From Mustelus asterias (Eukaryota): a DNA stretch of 64,000 bases. A program made the translations under genes and the position numbers. This document shows, in pieces, positions 35,801 to 49,503 of this stretch (position 1 is the stretch's first letter; the number at the start of each line of letters is the position of its first letter). The notes below the pieces were generated by a model, which was not told the DNA's origin, did not search any database, and worked only from the letters and a program-made list of their open reading frames with translations. The stretch spans positions 21,762,001 to 21,826,000 of the forward strand of contig NC_135808.1 in the NCBI RefSeq assembly GCF_964213995.1, given 5' to 3'.

Positions 35801-37217
35801 AGTTGGATAGGACCCAGTGCATCCTGGGAGTTTACTTCAGTCAACTTCAGATCAGAGTTCAGAAAAATAACTCCTTCTATTGGAGAGAATTCATGAAAAT
35901 CTAGAAATCAAAAAATATAACAATGAATAGTCAGCATGGATATTGAAATGGAAAATCTTGCTTTTCTCCACTGAGTGGATTTTTTGAGGATGTAACAGAG
36001 GGAGGAGACAATGTAATAGATATAATTTAATATGATTTTTCAAATGTAATCGATAACATAACTCATGGTAGATTAATGAATCGGGTCAAAGAATGTGGAT
36101 TTAGACGATAAGTGACAGAATGGATTGCTCGTTGACTTTGAGACAGAAAGCAGAGAGTGTGAGTAAAGGGAGTTATTCAGAGTGACGGAAGGTGTTCCAC
36201 AAGGATCAGTGCTGGGATTACTGCTGTTCATGCTTTACACTCACTGATTTGGACATTGGAATCAAAATAAAATTGACCAATTTGCAGATGACACCAAATT
36301 GGGGGAATTATTTAATACTAAGGAGAACTTCAAGAAATTAATAGGACATGAATAAACTTGTAGAATGGGCAAATAATTGGTGAATGGAGTTCAGCACAGA
36401 TGAATAAGACGTAGTTTTCTGTTAAGTGATCTCCTGATACATCCTTATTACGAGGAAGGTGCAGGTCTGGATGAGGTTGAGGAGCAAAGGTGTACAAATA
36501 CACCAATTAGACACAGGTTAGACAAGGCCATAAACAAACCAAACGGAAAACCAGGTTTCATTTCTTGATGGATAGGATTGTCAAATATGGACGTTATTCG
36601 TAAACTGTATGAAACCTACATTATAGCACATTTAGAGTACCATGTGCAGTTCCAGTCACCATCTCATACAAAGGATATAGAGTCAGGGGAGAGAGTGTAG
36701 AGAAGATTTACAGAGATGGTTCCAGAAATGAGTGGGTGGACATCTCAGGAAAAGATTGACCGGCTGGGTCTCTGCTCTCAGGAAAACAGAAGGCTGAGAG
36801 TTGATCGAGGTCTTTAAATTGATGAAAGATGTTTTATAGATCAGACACATGGAGAATGTTTCCTCTTGTGGAAAGATCATAACAAGGTCATCAATACAAG
36901 ACAGTCACCAAGAAATCCAATGGGCAATTCAGGAGAAACTTCTTTACCCAGAGTGGTGAGAATGTGAGCTCACAACCACAGGGAGTGGCTGAACTGAACA
37001 GTATAGTTTAAGGGGAAGATAGACAAGCAAATGAGGGAGAAGGGAATAGAGTTAAAATGGTTGTTTTAGATGAGGAAAGATGGGAGGAGGCTCAAGTGGA
37101 ACATAAATACCAGCATCAACTGGATGGGCTGAATGGCTGGTTTCTGTGTTGTATATCCTGTGTTTCCTGATTCTCTCTCTCTGATTCATTCTGTCTCATT
37201 TTTCTTTCCCGTTTTAT

Positions 37218-37538
37218 GGGCGGCACAGTAGCACAGGGGTTAGCACTGCTGCCTCACAGCGCCAGGGACACGGGTTCGATTCCCGGCTTGGTCACTGTCT
37301 GGATGGAGTTTGCATGTTCTCCCCGTGTCTGCGTGGGTTTCCTCCGGGTGCTCCGGTTTCTTCCCACAGTTCAAAGATCCACTGGTTAGGTGGATTGGCC
37401 GTGCTAAATTGCCCCTTAGTGTCAGGGGGTTTGCAGGTTAAATACATGTTACAGGGATAGGGCATAGATGGGATTGTTGTCAGTGCAGACTTGATGGGCC
37501 GAATGGCCTCCGTCTGCACTGTAGGGATTCTATGATTC
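37218..37538 (+). mobile_element. tRNA-derived SINE
   Basis: gggcggcacagtagcac...gggttcgattcc head, conserved core and gattctatgattc tail. Confidence 0.88.
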
Positions 37539-38603
37539 ACTCTCACATTCTCTGCCTCTCTCATTCTCTTTCTCTCTCTCTCTCCCTCTGAATCTCTCTT
37601 TTCCCTCTCCCTGATTCACTCAGTCTCTCTGATTCTCTCTCTAACAGAACCAAAGTCTCGCTCCCAGGTTGCTGTTACTGTCAGGATTGTGGTCGGGGTC
37701 CTCGTGCTCATCGCTCTCATCATTGTGGCTGTCATCATCTACAACAAGAAAGGTAGGAATTGGAGGGAAAAGAGCAGCTTCTCACTGGGGGGAGGGATTG
37801 TGGGAGAGTATTCCAGGGTGGGGGTGGCTCAGGCTGTGGGTCTCAGGTTGGTGTGGGGGGGGTCACAGAGTGGGTGGAAGAGCCCCAGGGTTGGGACAGG
37901 GAGGATAAGGGGCTCAAGATAAAGAGGGAGTGTCTGAGAATTGTGGGAAGAGTCTCAGATTGGATGAGGAGCTCAGGGTATCAGTGAGGGGCTCAGGTCA
38001 GTGTGGGAGTGAGGGTCTCAGGTGAGGGTCTAATGTCAGAGAGAGGGTCACTGGTAAGGGCAAAGTGAGGGTCTTAGGTCGTGGTGGGAGTGAGGGTTCA
38101 GAATTGTGTTGTAGGGGCTCAGTGCGAGCGAGAGTTCCAGCCTCTGTCTCTGATTTTCTCTCAGTCTCGTCACTCACTGAACATTCCTTGTTTTACAGGG
38201 AGAGGGAAGAGTGACTACAATCCTACAAAGAGTAAGCTGATCATCAAACATCATCTGTATCTCTGTGTAATGTGTGAATCATTGTTCATTCTGTGTCAAA
38301 TACACTCAACCAAATGGTGTGTGTATGTATGTGTGTGTGTCTCTTTCTCTCTGTATCTATATCTTGTGCACAGTCTCTATCTCTCTGATAATGAACAGAT
38401 TTTAAAACCTCTTCTTCCTTTAACAGCTTCTGATGGTGGGGATTCCTCATCCAGCTCCTCAACGCGTTCCTGAGGTATGAACTGTGTTGATAAATATTGG
38501 GAGCTGATCCTTCTAACTGGGATATTCCCGCTGGATTTAGCTGTACAATCTGGTGGGTGGGATGTGAGCTCAGTGTCTGTCTCTCGCTGTATCGTCACGA
38601 AAG

Positions 38604-38727
38604 TAAGAAGTCTCACAACACCAGCAAATAATGGTATTTGCTACCAAATAAACCTGTTGGACTTTCACCTGGTGTTGTGAGACTTCTTACTGTGCTTACC
38701 CCAGTCCAACGCCGGCATCTCCACATC
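38604..38727. mobile_element. Short fold-back Penelope-derived insertion
   Basis: Inverted pLTR ends. Imperfect 13-bp TSD at 38591-38603 and 38728-38740. Absent at the paralogous sites in copies A and D. Confidence 0.85.
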
Positions 38728-39379
38728 ATTGTCACTAAAGAGCAGCTCATCCAATCCAACACTGAGCTTTGAGACTGGCCTTCTGGAGACGGCTGCTCCT
38801 GTACAGTCTGAGGGTGGAGACGTTGTGTGTTTTGACGTGTAGAGACATCCGGAAACGTCTCACCCTGGACAGCCTCCTCTCAGCTGCTCAATTTCCTCAA
38901 GGAAGTTGTAATTCCCTGAGATTTCCCTGAAGTTGGTCACTGGGTTGTGCCACTCCCACAGGATTTAACATCAGTCTTGTTTTGTCTGTGTGGAGTCTGC
39001 ACATTCTCCCCATGTCTGCGTGGGTTTTCTCTGGGTGCTCCGGTTTCCTCCCACACTCCAAAGATGTACAGGTTATGTTGATTGGCTGTGCTAAATTACC
39101 CCTTACTGTGAGGGGGATTAACAGGATAAATATGTGGGGTAACAGGAATAGGCCCTGGGTGGGATTGTTGTCGGTTCAGGCTCGATGGGCTGAATGGCCT
39201 CCTTCAGTGCTGTCGGGATTCTGTGACACATGATGGGTCTGTTCTTTCACTGGATGTTTGGGGTTCGGAGTGGATCTTAGGGGTTTAGCTGTGTTTGGGG
39301 CTCTGATGGGTTTAGCTGGCGTTTGGGGCTCTGAGGCGTTTAGCTAGTGATGTGTGGTTGGAATGTTGAATGATAGAAA

Positions 39380-40915
39380 ATGTATGTTTGAGAGCGAGGC
39401 CATTCAGCCCATCATGTCCCTGCCTGTTAATGAAGAGCTCTCCAGCCTAATCTCACCTTCCTGTACTCGGTCTGTAGCTCTGTGGATCACAGCTCTTCAA
39501 CTCGACATCCAAGAATTGATTCAATGTGGTGAGAGTTTCTGCCTCTACCATCCTTTCAGACAGTGAGTCCCGGGTCCCTCCCACCCTCTGGGTGAAAAAC
39601 TCTTTCATCATTTCCACCCCGATCTTTCTACCAATTACTTTAAATCTGTGCCCTCTGGTTTTAGACCCCTCTGTGAGGGTAAATGTGTCAGCTCTATTTA
39701 CCATGGCTCCTCATAATTATATCCACCCCAATTAAATCTCCCCTCGGCCTCCTCTATTCTACAGAATCCTATTCCAGCCTATCCGCTCTTTCCTCACAGT
39801 GAACATTCTCCAGTCCTGTCCACATTAAACAATCTCCTCTGCATTCTCTCCAGTACATAGAAACCAGAAGCAGGAGGAGGCCATTCGGCCCTTCAAACCT
39901 GCTCCGTCATTTCTTCTGTTTTTAAAGTTTTTATTTATTATTGTCACAAGCAGGCTTACATTAACACTGCAGTGAAGTTACTGTGGAAACCCCCTCGTCG
40001 TCACACTCCGGCACCTGTTCGGGTCCACTGAGGGAGAATTTAGCATGGCCAATGCACCTAACCAGCACGTCTTTCAGACTGTGGGAGGAAACCGGAGCAT
40101 CCGGAGGAAACCCATGCAGACACGGGGAGAACGTGCAGATTCTGCACAGACAGTGACCCAAGTTGGAAATCGAACCCGGGCCCCTGGCGCTGTGAGGCAG
40201 CAGTTCCAATCATCAAATTAAATATCCTGATCCACCCTTCCTCCCATATCCCTTGATCTCTTTAGCCCCAAGAGCTATACCTAATTTCTTCTTGAAATCA
40301 GACGTTTTTGCTTCAACTACATTGTGTGGGAGTGAATTCCACACATTCACCACCCTCTGGGTGAAGAAATTTCCCCACACCTTAGTTCTAAATGTTTTAC
40401 CCATTATACACAAACAATGGCCCCTAGTCCTGGACTCTCCCTCCATTGGGAACATCTTTTCTGAATCGACCCGCTCTAATCCTGTTAGAATTTTATAATT
40501 TTCTATGAGATCCCCTCTCACTCTTCTAAACTCCAATGAATATAATCCTAACTGACTTTGTCCTGCCGTCCCAGGAATCAGTCTGGTATACCTTCATCGT
40601 ACTCCCTCCATAGCAAGGACATCCTTCCTCAGATAAGGATACCAAAACTGCACACAATACTCCAGGGGTGGCTTCACTAACGCCCTATACAATTGCAGTA
40701 AAACATCCCTATTATTATGTTCAAATCCTCTCGCTCTGAAGGCCAGCAGACCATTTGCCTTCTTTATTGCTTGCTGTACTTTACTTTCAGCGACTGATGC
40801 ATGAGGACATCAAGGTCTCGCTGAGTATCCACCTCTCTCCATTGACACCCATTCAAATAATAATCTGTCTTCCTATTATTGCTACCAAAGTGGATAACCT
40901 CATATTCATCGACAT
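39380..40915 (-). mobile_element. Nested CR1 LINE 3' fragments with a SINE (~39925-40205)
   Basis: EFRRVRGDLIE, TRGH and FFTQRVV motifs. SINE head and core on the minus strand. Confidence 0.8.
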
Positions 40916-43900
40916 TATGTAATATTTTTTGTGTAATGTGCTGACCAGACTGTTTGCAATGCTTCAGCTGGAGTCTATCTGGTGTTTACAGTTTTCGCAA
41001 AACCACTCTGCTCTGTGCCTTGGCTAATAAAGGAAAGCATGTTATATACCACCTTTACCTCATTTATTAACCTGTCCTGACACCTTTCCCAGTCTGTGGA
41101 CATACACTCCTGGGTCCCTCTCTTCCTCCACATTACTCATTATCCTCCCATTTATTGGGGATTCCCTTTGCCTTGTTAATCCTCCCAAAACCCATCACAT
41201 TCTCCACCCTCTCAAACAGACTATTTTATTTATTTTTTTATCATTTAGGGCACAGACTATTTTATTGGTCTCCAAAAAGCTCTACTTTCCTTATCCTTTT
41301 CTCTTCAGGGACTGATAGGACATCCTTGGAGGTGCCTTGATTTTTCTTGCCAGTATTTTGTCGTGCCCCCTCTTTTCTTTCCTAATATTCCCCCCTCTCT
41401 GTCTCTTCCAGGTTTCTGCATTATGAGGCGTGAGGGGTCAGATGGATTTTGCTGCTGGTAGATGTGGGAGTTGGATGGATCTGATGGGTTTTGTTCGGGG
41501 GGGGCGGGGGGGGGGGTGCGGTTTCCAGCTCTGCTGGCTTTGCCTCACTCTATAGTGATGTATTTCTTTCTCGTCTCCAGTGCATTCCAGGGTTTGTAAT
41601 CCAGGAGCACCAGTTCCCGAGAACAGCAGCAGGAGAGGATGAGAGAATCAGGGAAGATGTGATTTCATCAAGGTGACAGCGACCGACTGATTCAAGCTCC
41701 ACATATGTGATTCTGTTTAAATGGAACTGTGGTGATGGTTTGGAAGTAATTGCTATATCTGGAGCTGCACTTTAAGCTATTCTGATCTGATCTGTTTATC
41801 CTGCACAGACATGAGAGGGCGATCTAAGTCCAGAAAGAGTATGAAAACGAGAGAGTTTCTGATCCGTCTTTTTGTGAATCCAACTCTGCAATCTTATGCA
41901 CTTAGAGCAGAAAAGAACCCCAAATCTGTTTCTTGCCTGTAGGGGGAGTGGGCAGGGCTTAAATCACCAGAATGCTGCCTGACAACAGCAGAGGACACCA
42001 TTGCGCATGTGCAGGTCCCTCTGCTCTGAGCAACAGAGAGACCTGTCACTCAGCCTCTGCTGCTTTCACCAGACCTCCATGGCCTAAACACGGACCTCCC
42101 CAGCTGCCATGGCGGTCTGTGGCCTCATGCAACCCCTGATGGTCGGACCAATTGCCCCCGTGACACCCCACCTGCCCGGACAGATCAAACCTCGTGATCC
42201 CACCGCTCGGGCCGATTTCCCCTCCCAATCGCAATGCAGTAGGCCCCACTGCTTCCCCTCACTGAAAGCAAATACTGAGTGGCAGTAGCCTCCCCCCGCC
42301 GCCAAATTGCAAATGCAGAGTGTGCGGCACATCCCCTCCCATCACCACTGATATTCCCACCACGGTTTGGTCCCCCAACAAATCCGGTTCCACACCCTTC
42401 ACACTGCCAGAGTACCAGGCTTGGCACTGCCCACAAGGCACTGCCCCCAACTTCTCGGGGTGGCTTCAACAGCCTCTGGATCCACTAGCGAGGCTATCGG
42501 GTTTTGCCCCATTGTGATTCTCGCTGGAGTGAACCTCTCCCGTGAGGCCACAGAGACGAGAGCCCAGATGATTGCGCCGCGGGCTCGCTCATTTTGTTCA
42601 AAACAGGTTTTAAATGCAGTCAAGTATTTTATTCAGCCTCGCGCCGCAATGTGTGAGAAATCGGGAGCGAATCTCATCTGTATTGAACTCATGAATTCCA
42701 ATATCTTCTGCCCTTTCCTGATTTTTTCTTTTAATATCTGTTATTCATTAGTGAGTGTGGTTATGTCACATCCCCTCTTCCCAAGCACTCTGTCTGGGGA
42801 AATAACAAACATCATGGAAATATCAGAGCCTTTGTATCAAACTGTCACCGCGATCTGACATTTGGAGCTGCAGATAAGTTTCCAATTCTTGTCACTGTTG
42901 GAAATATTGTTACACTTTGCAATATTGGACACAATTGTTACCTGTGTGTGTGTGTGTGTGTGTTATTAAAACAACAGAAAAGGTTTATTCTGCTTGGAAC
43001 TGAATGGGTTAATTCTAAATTAGAACACGTTTGGTGAAGGAATTCACTGTCACCGCGATTTCAGAAAGTGACTGGGTTACAATGTTCTCAGAGTAATGGC
43101 GGTTTCAGCAGAACAAAGATATTTCTTCAAGTCTTGTGAGAAAAATGGATTCTAAGATAAAGTCCCAAATGTTCCGCAGGGTGAGTTTTATGAAGATTTT
43201 AAACACAAGACTAATCCATGAGCAATCACCTTAAATTCAGCTCCTGAATTTGAAGTTACACCATCAAAGCTTAAAAAAAACGACCCCACTCTGACAGATG
43301 TGAAGTTGTATCTGGATTAGAAATCTCCCATGTTTCACCCGTTTCAACAGAGTTTCATTGTAGCGGTAACAAGCTCCCAGTTTAAAAACTTTTAAACTGT
43401 TCTCCCCCTTTAGACCTAACCATTTTCAGGAAAAAACATCAGAGTTGGAGCCGGTCTGAAGGAACAGCAACACAGAGCATTCACACAGCCTTTCCTCATT
43501 CACTAACAGGACGTTTACACACACACATCTGTACACACAATTCTTTCTCACAGCACTTCAAGTTTCACTCTGGATCTTGTCAACATTAAAAATGTGTCTT
43601 TTAAAAGGGGATAAAATAAATTCCATCACGTCTTCTTTCTTCATTAATGTCTGTTGTTGAAATTAAAGGAAAACCGCGTTTCACAAATAACAGAAAAGGA
43701 AACATTGAAGATTGTTACATTGAAACAACAGAGGGCGGAGTTTCTAACAGAGCGTGTTTCAATTCCAAAACTTGTACAAACTTCTTCAATTTGAAAATTA
43801 TCATACAATGGGCTAAATAGCCTGTCAACACCAGAACAATTCTGTAACTCCAAATGTCAAGGTGAGATAGTTAGCTTCACGAATGTGAGAGATGGCCATT

Positions 43901-45299
43901 GCCTGGCAGTTGTGGGTGTGAATGTAATCTTCCACTTATCAGCCTAAGCCTGAATTTTGTTCACCTCTTACATCACATAGAATCCATAGAATTCCTACAG
44001 TGCACAAAGAGGCCATTTAGCTCATCACCTCCATGCTGATTCTCCAAAATTGCATCTTATCCAAACTGACAGTTAGCCAGGGCCAGAATTGAACCCGGGT
44101 CCTTGGTGCTGTGAGGCAGCAGCACTAACCACTGTGCCACCGTGTCACCCACATGGACACAGGTTGCTTCACATCCTTTAGGTCTGTGCACAGAATGGAG
44201 GAATATTCATAAAGTAAAAGAAACAGTTGTTTGTTTACAAATCAGAATATCTCTGAACATAAACAACCCGGTTGTTCACACAGTATTTTAAACTTTACTG
44301 TGAGTTTCTTTCATTTCTTTTTTCTAACCTGCTTCTGATATTCCACCAACCTGACATCAACAGCCCATTTCTGAAAAGCAGCGAGATCCATTTCTTCATC
44401 CTGATTCAATAATCTAATCTTTGGTCTCACATCTCCGTGATCTCTCACTATTTGTTTCTTCCTGTCGACTTTCTCCCAAACATTCCAATCTCCCGACTCT
44501 GATCGAAGCATCAAATCTCTAAATACTGTTTCTTTGTGCACCATTTTACCTTTCAATTTAACTCTGCCTTATCACCTATTAACTGTTTCAAATCAATTCC
44601 TTCCTGAACAAACACAGTAACTTTTCAAACAGGACTGGACAAGCTGTGTCCTGTTTGTATCCTGGGGGAGTGATTCTCCCATCCCGCCACACTAATGTTT
44701 AGCACGGTGGGTTGAGAGAATTGCACATTGGTCGACTCACAGGATTCGGGCCTGCGTTCCGCCGTGCACACATCTCCCAGCGTCAGATATGCAGCACCAT
44801 CTGAGCGGTGAGGGAGGCCAGAGGAAGGCTAACCATCAAGGTGGCCTGAGGGATCAGCCTGGGTGTGTGCCGGGGAGGAGGTCTGCTGGGGTGGGGTTAT
44901 CATCACTGCTGGAGGGGAGCATCAGCTGGAGGGGCAGCACTGCGAGGGTCCCGGGCTAGCCAGTGATTGGGAGAATGACAGATCGGGGCCACTGTGCAAG
45001 CGCAGAGTTCCGGAATTGTCAGCCTCCGGTGTGACAATGCCCCCCTCCGCTCCCCCCCCCGCCCCCCCCCCCTCCCCCCCCCGAGCTTTTAATGATATTC
45101 CCGATTGAGACCTCTGCATTGCACAGAGTGTGGGAGAGTCAAGTGTGAAGTTGCACTGAAAAAACTGGCGTGATCTGCACCAGTTTTCCCGCAAAGTCTA
45201 AACTTCGAACTTTTTTGGGAGAATTGCGGCCCTGAATTCTTCAATGGTATTTGGTGGCCAGTTACTATTTACATAATTTAACAAGAACAGGGTTTGATA

Positions 45300-45585
45300 T
45301 CAGGACAGGACACTGCCCACAGGCTGAGAGGGACAGTATCAGTACAGGACACAGCTCAGACTGAGAGGGACAGTATCAGTACAGGACACAGCTCACAGAC
45401 TGAGAGGGACAGTAGCAGTACAGGACACAGCTCAGACTGAGAGGGACAGAATCAGTACAGGACACAGCTCAGACTGAGAGGGACAGTATCAGTACAGGAC
45501 ACAGCTCACACACTGAGAGGGACAGTCGCAGTACAGGACACAGCTCACACACTGAGAGGGACAGTAGCAGTACAGGATGCAGCTG
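45300..45585. repeat. 33-35-bp minisatellite (cagtacaggacacagctcagactgagagggacagtat)
   Basis: About 8 tandem units. Confidence 0.9.
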
Positions 45586-45635
45586 GGAGACACTCGCTTG
45601 GAATTTTTTTTCCATAGATTTCCCCTCCCCACCTG

Positions 45636-45752
45636 GTGAAGGAAGCAACAATTTTTGAACGGAATGTGCTGGTCCCTCTGTGTGCAGTGATTTCGATCGA
45701 TGATGGGGTGTGAGCAGGGAGTGCCGGGGTTAGATATTAACCCTCAGTCAGT
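45636..45752 (+). pseudogene. Degenerate MHC class I leader exon and start of intron 1
   Basis: 40/52 nt identical to the copy B exon 1 start, followed by the gatggggtgtgag...attaaccct..gtcagt intron-1 unit. ATG->GTG and the donor is lost. Confidence 0.65.
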
Positions 45753-46780
45753 AGAGAACATGAGGGATAACAGCAGGAATAGACTCTTCATCCTCATGAG
45801 ACTGTCCCATCATTCAACACAGTCATGGCTAATCTCCTGCCTCATCTCAATTTCAGTCCTACTCTCTGGACACCTCCATTCGCTGAGACACCACAAATCT
45901 GTCTCTCTTCAATACCTTCAGTAATGAAGCATCCACAATTCTCTGGGGTAGAGAATCAAAGATTCACAACCCTTTGAATGAAGAAATTTCTCCTCATCTT
46001 AAACGATTCACCTCTTACCCTGAGGCTTTGCCCTCATGTTTTATTGCTCATCGACAGAAATAATCTTTCACTATCGACCCTATGAAGCCCTGTCAGAGTC
46101 TAACCTTTTCCAGTGAGATTACCTCTCATTGTTCTAAACTCTAATGAAAAAATCCCCAACCTGCTCAACTTACCCTCATAAAACAAATCCCAATCATTCC
46201 AAATAAACATTCTCTGTACATCTGCCAGAAAAACACTTACACAAATTACAGGTGTGGTGTTAACAATGGAGTGTACATTAGTCACAAGGTTGATTTATTC
46301 TGTTCTGTAATCCCTTTACAATAAAGACCAAAGTACCATTTGCTTTCCTGGTTGTGCTTTAAAGGCGTGGCACGGTGGCACATTGCTGCCTCACAGCACC
46401 AGGGACCCGGGTCCAATCCGAGTTTGCATGACTCTATGTGGAGTTTGCACATTCTCCCTCTATGATTCTACCTGGAGGAGTTTCTGTGTTCCTTGTAGAC
46501 TGCACACAAGTGACTCATTTTAAAAGAAGTGTTCTACTTTTCCATCCTTGATAGCAAAGTTGAATAGCCCCCACAGCTGTGTCCTCTGCCACATACAGGC
46601 AGTTTGAGTGCTTTCCCACTATGTGAAACAGGAAGCCACATTTCAACTCAAAGACACAGTCATTATGCCGTGTGCATTCACTGTACCCACAGACAAAACT
46701 GTTTGACTTCATTTCACCTGAATTAATAAGTCAATAAATGAGCCCTGGTCTCAGAAATACCCTTACACAGAATCGGTTAT

Positions 46781-47090
46781 GGGCAGCACGATGGCAAGTG
46801 GTTAGCACTGCTGCCTCATCACGCAAGGGTCCTGGATTCAATTCCAGCTTCGGGTCACTTTCTGTGCGGACTTTGCACGTTCTCCCCGTGTCTGCATGGG
46901 TTTCCTCCGGGTGCTCCGGTTTCCTCCCACAGTCTGAAAAATGTGCTGCTTCGGTGCATTGGCCATGCTAAATTCTCCCTCAGTGTACCCGAACATGCAC
47001 CGCAGTGTGGCAACTGGAGGATTTTCACAGTAACTTCATTGCAGTGTTAATGTCAGCATACTTGTGACTAATAAATAACTTTAAAATAAA
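46781..47090 (+). mobile_element. tRNA-derived SINE
   Basis: SINE head and core with the alternative 3' tail (cagtaacttcattgcagtgttaatgt), as at 39925-40205 and 54130-54432. Confidence 0.82.
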
Positions 47091-47980
47091 CTTTAAAAAA
47101 CATTTCAAATCTGCAGATATTTCAACAGGTCAGAGAGGCTGAGTGTGAGATTAATACTGTGCTTGTCTCCGAAACAATATCACAAAGAGATGAGACTGCC
47201 TCTTCGATAGAACTTTTTTAGGTAAGAGACAGACTTTACAAGGTTTCCTGGAACCAATACTTTGTTTGATCATCTGTGCCACACAGCCAAGACTCACTCT
47301 GACTCTGTCTCTCACTCTGCCCTCTCTTTGCACAGTGTAGCAAAGTGGGACGCTCTTAGTGAAGGATGGACTTGCTTCAATGTAAAGGTCTACTGGCAGG
47401 CTGGTTGAGCAGAGTGACATCCGTACGGACCAGTACGAATTCGCAGAAGGCAATATTGTGTTGGCAGGAGACACAGTCTAACCCCCACATCCACCCACAT
47501 TACACTCCATCTCCCACCTTGCAGCCCATTTGATTAACTTCTCCACATCACTTTGCAGCTCTCTCCATGTCCTCCATACAGTTTGCGTTTCATAGAAACA
47601 CAGAAAGGAGGAACAGGAGTAGGCCATTTGGCCCTTCAATCCTGCTCGGCCATTGATTATTATCATGGCTGATCTTTCAGCTTAATAGCCTGATCCAGTC
47701 TCCCCCCATTGATCCCCTTTGCCCCTCCTTCTTGAAAATAAACAATGTTTTAGCCTCAATGGCTTGTTGTGGTAATGAATTCCACAGGCTTTCCACCATC
47801 TGGGTGAAGATATTTCTCTTCATCTCAGTCCTCAATGGTTTACCCGTTATCTTTAGAGGACAACCCATGGTTCTGGACTCCCCACCATCCTTCCTGCACC
47901 TGCTCTGTCTCTTCCTGTTACAATTTTATAGGTTTCTATGAGATGCCCCTCATTCTTCTAAACTCCAGCAAATACAATCC

Positions 47981-48826
47981 TGTTATGGTTGAGGTCAGAA
48001 ACTAAAAAGGGTTTTATGGAGCTCGCCTGGATCATAAGTTTTGCATAATCAATTTGGCGAGGAATAACATGATAGACTTCCCTTCAGATATGATTCAAAT
48101 GACCCACTAGGGAGCTTTTATCAAACAAAGTTTATTTAAGAATATAGTTAATCTGTACAGTCAGAAAAGTAGCAAGAACTCTTATCAATTACAAACAAGA
48201 AACGAAACAACCACTATAATGTATAATCCTTAACAAATATATCTAATGTGTTCCAATCAAACCAATCCCATAGACAAAATACCCTGTTCACGGGGTTAAC
48301 ACAGCACAGTCTAATGCTCACGTGATACTGGACTTGAGTCCTTTGGATGAAGTCTGCAGTTCCCTGGATAGACTCAGAACAGTTTGGAGTCAGAAGAGCT
48401 TCCACAAACACCAGGGACCCTCGGCAAGCCACCAACAGCAGATTTCTCCCCTTCAGAAAGGCTTTCAGCTTACGAGCAGAATTTCCAAAACCAGGGAGAG
48501 AGAGAGAAAGACTTTCAGCTTGCTGCCCCTTCTGAAATTCAACTCTAACTGCAGCCAAACAGAAAATGAAACCTTAAACTCACTGAAAAAAAAACTGTCC
48601 AAAAACACATGACCATCCTCCTAGCAATGCAGGGTCACAAAACAACCCAGAGTTAAATTAGGCAGACCCCATTTAAGCAATTGAAGTAGCAATAAAAGGT
48701 CATCTCCAATCAAACCAGCAGCAAATGACATTACCTGAGGCTGTGAGCTGAGAAAATATTGAAGCTGTGAGAGCTGCAGAGATCATGATTTTAAAAAAAC
48801 TTTCTCAAAAGTACACTGACGTCACA
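47981..48826 (-). mobile_element. Solo LTR inserted into a CR1 fragment
   Basis: TGTTA...TCACA termini and a 4-bp TSD atcc (47977-47980 and 48827-48830). Minus-strand AATAAA near 48131. The CR1 sequence rejoins across it. Confidence 0.75.
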
Positions 48827-49335
48827 ATCCCAACCAACTCAATCTCTCCTCATTTCCTATCTTTGTAGCTGCTCCAAATTTAGATCCATCACATTCTGTC
48901 TCTTCATCTGAGTCACACATAAACATTGTAAATGACTGATTTTCCCAGCGCTGATCTCGTGACACTCCACTTGTCACAGTCGGCCAACTTGTAAATGCCC
49001 CATTTATGCCAAATCAATGTTTCCTGTCCATTAGCCAATCCTCTATTCATGCAAATACATTGCCCTCAACTCCTGCACAATTAAAGAACAAGGAGATTGG
49101 GTCTCTATGCAGAGGATAGACTTTTTAAAATAAAGGATAAAGTTTGAAAGGGTTCAATGCTGTTGAGCTGGTGTTCCCTCATGTGAAGACCAGTGGATGA
49201 CTGGAGTTTCACACCAACAGAGCTTTGGCACGGAGGAGAATATGGATCTGGACCAATTCTTCCTGTTTCAGCTTTGCAGGTCCAAAATGCAGACAGGTTA
49301 CACTCAGATGAGGATTCTCTGGCAGGTAGTAGTGA

Positions 49336-49503
49336 TGATGTGGAGATGCCGGCGTTGGACTGGGGTAAACACAGGAAGAAGTTTAACAACACCAGGTTAA
49401 AGTCCAACAGGTTTATTTGGTAGCAAAAGCCACACAAGCTTGTGTGGCTTTTGCTACCAAATAAACCTGTTGGACTTTAACCTGGTGTTGTTAAACTTCT
49501 TAC
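49336..49503. mobile_element. Palindromic Penelope-derived mini-insertion
   Basis: Head-to-head pLTR ends centred on AAGCTT (49436-49441). Perfect 13-bp TSD caggtagtagtga at 49323-49335 and 49504-49516. Confidence 0.92.

Larger units (their letters stand above)
30810..38473 (+). pseudogene. MHC class I heavy chain, copy B, 7 exons, with a single 1-nt frameshift in alpha1
   Basis: Exons 30810-30873, 33006-33265 (260 nt versus 261), 33407-33679, 33755-34018, 37648-37752, 38199-38231 and 38427-38473. Premature TAA at 33128-33130. Confidence 0.9.

Noticed and set aside
37218-37290. tRNA gene
   Set aside because: The box A/B head continues into a SINE core and tail and does not form a full cloverleaf.
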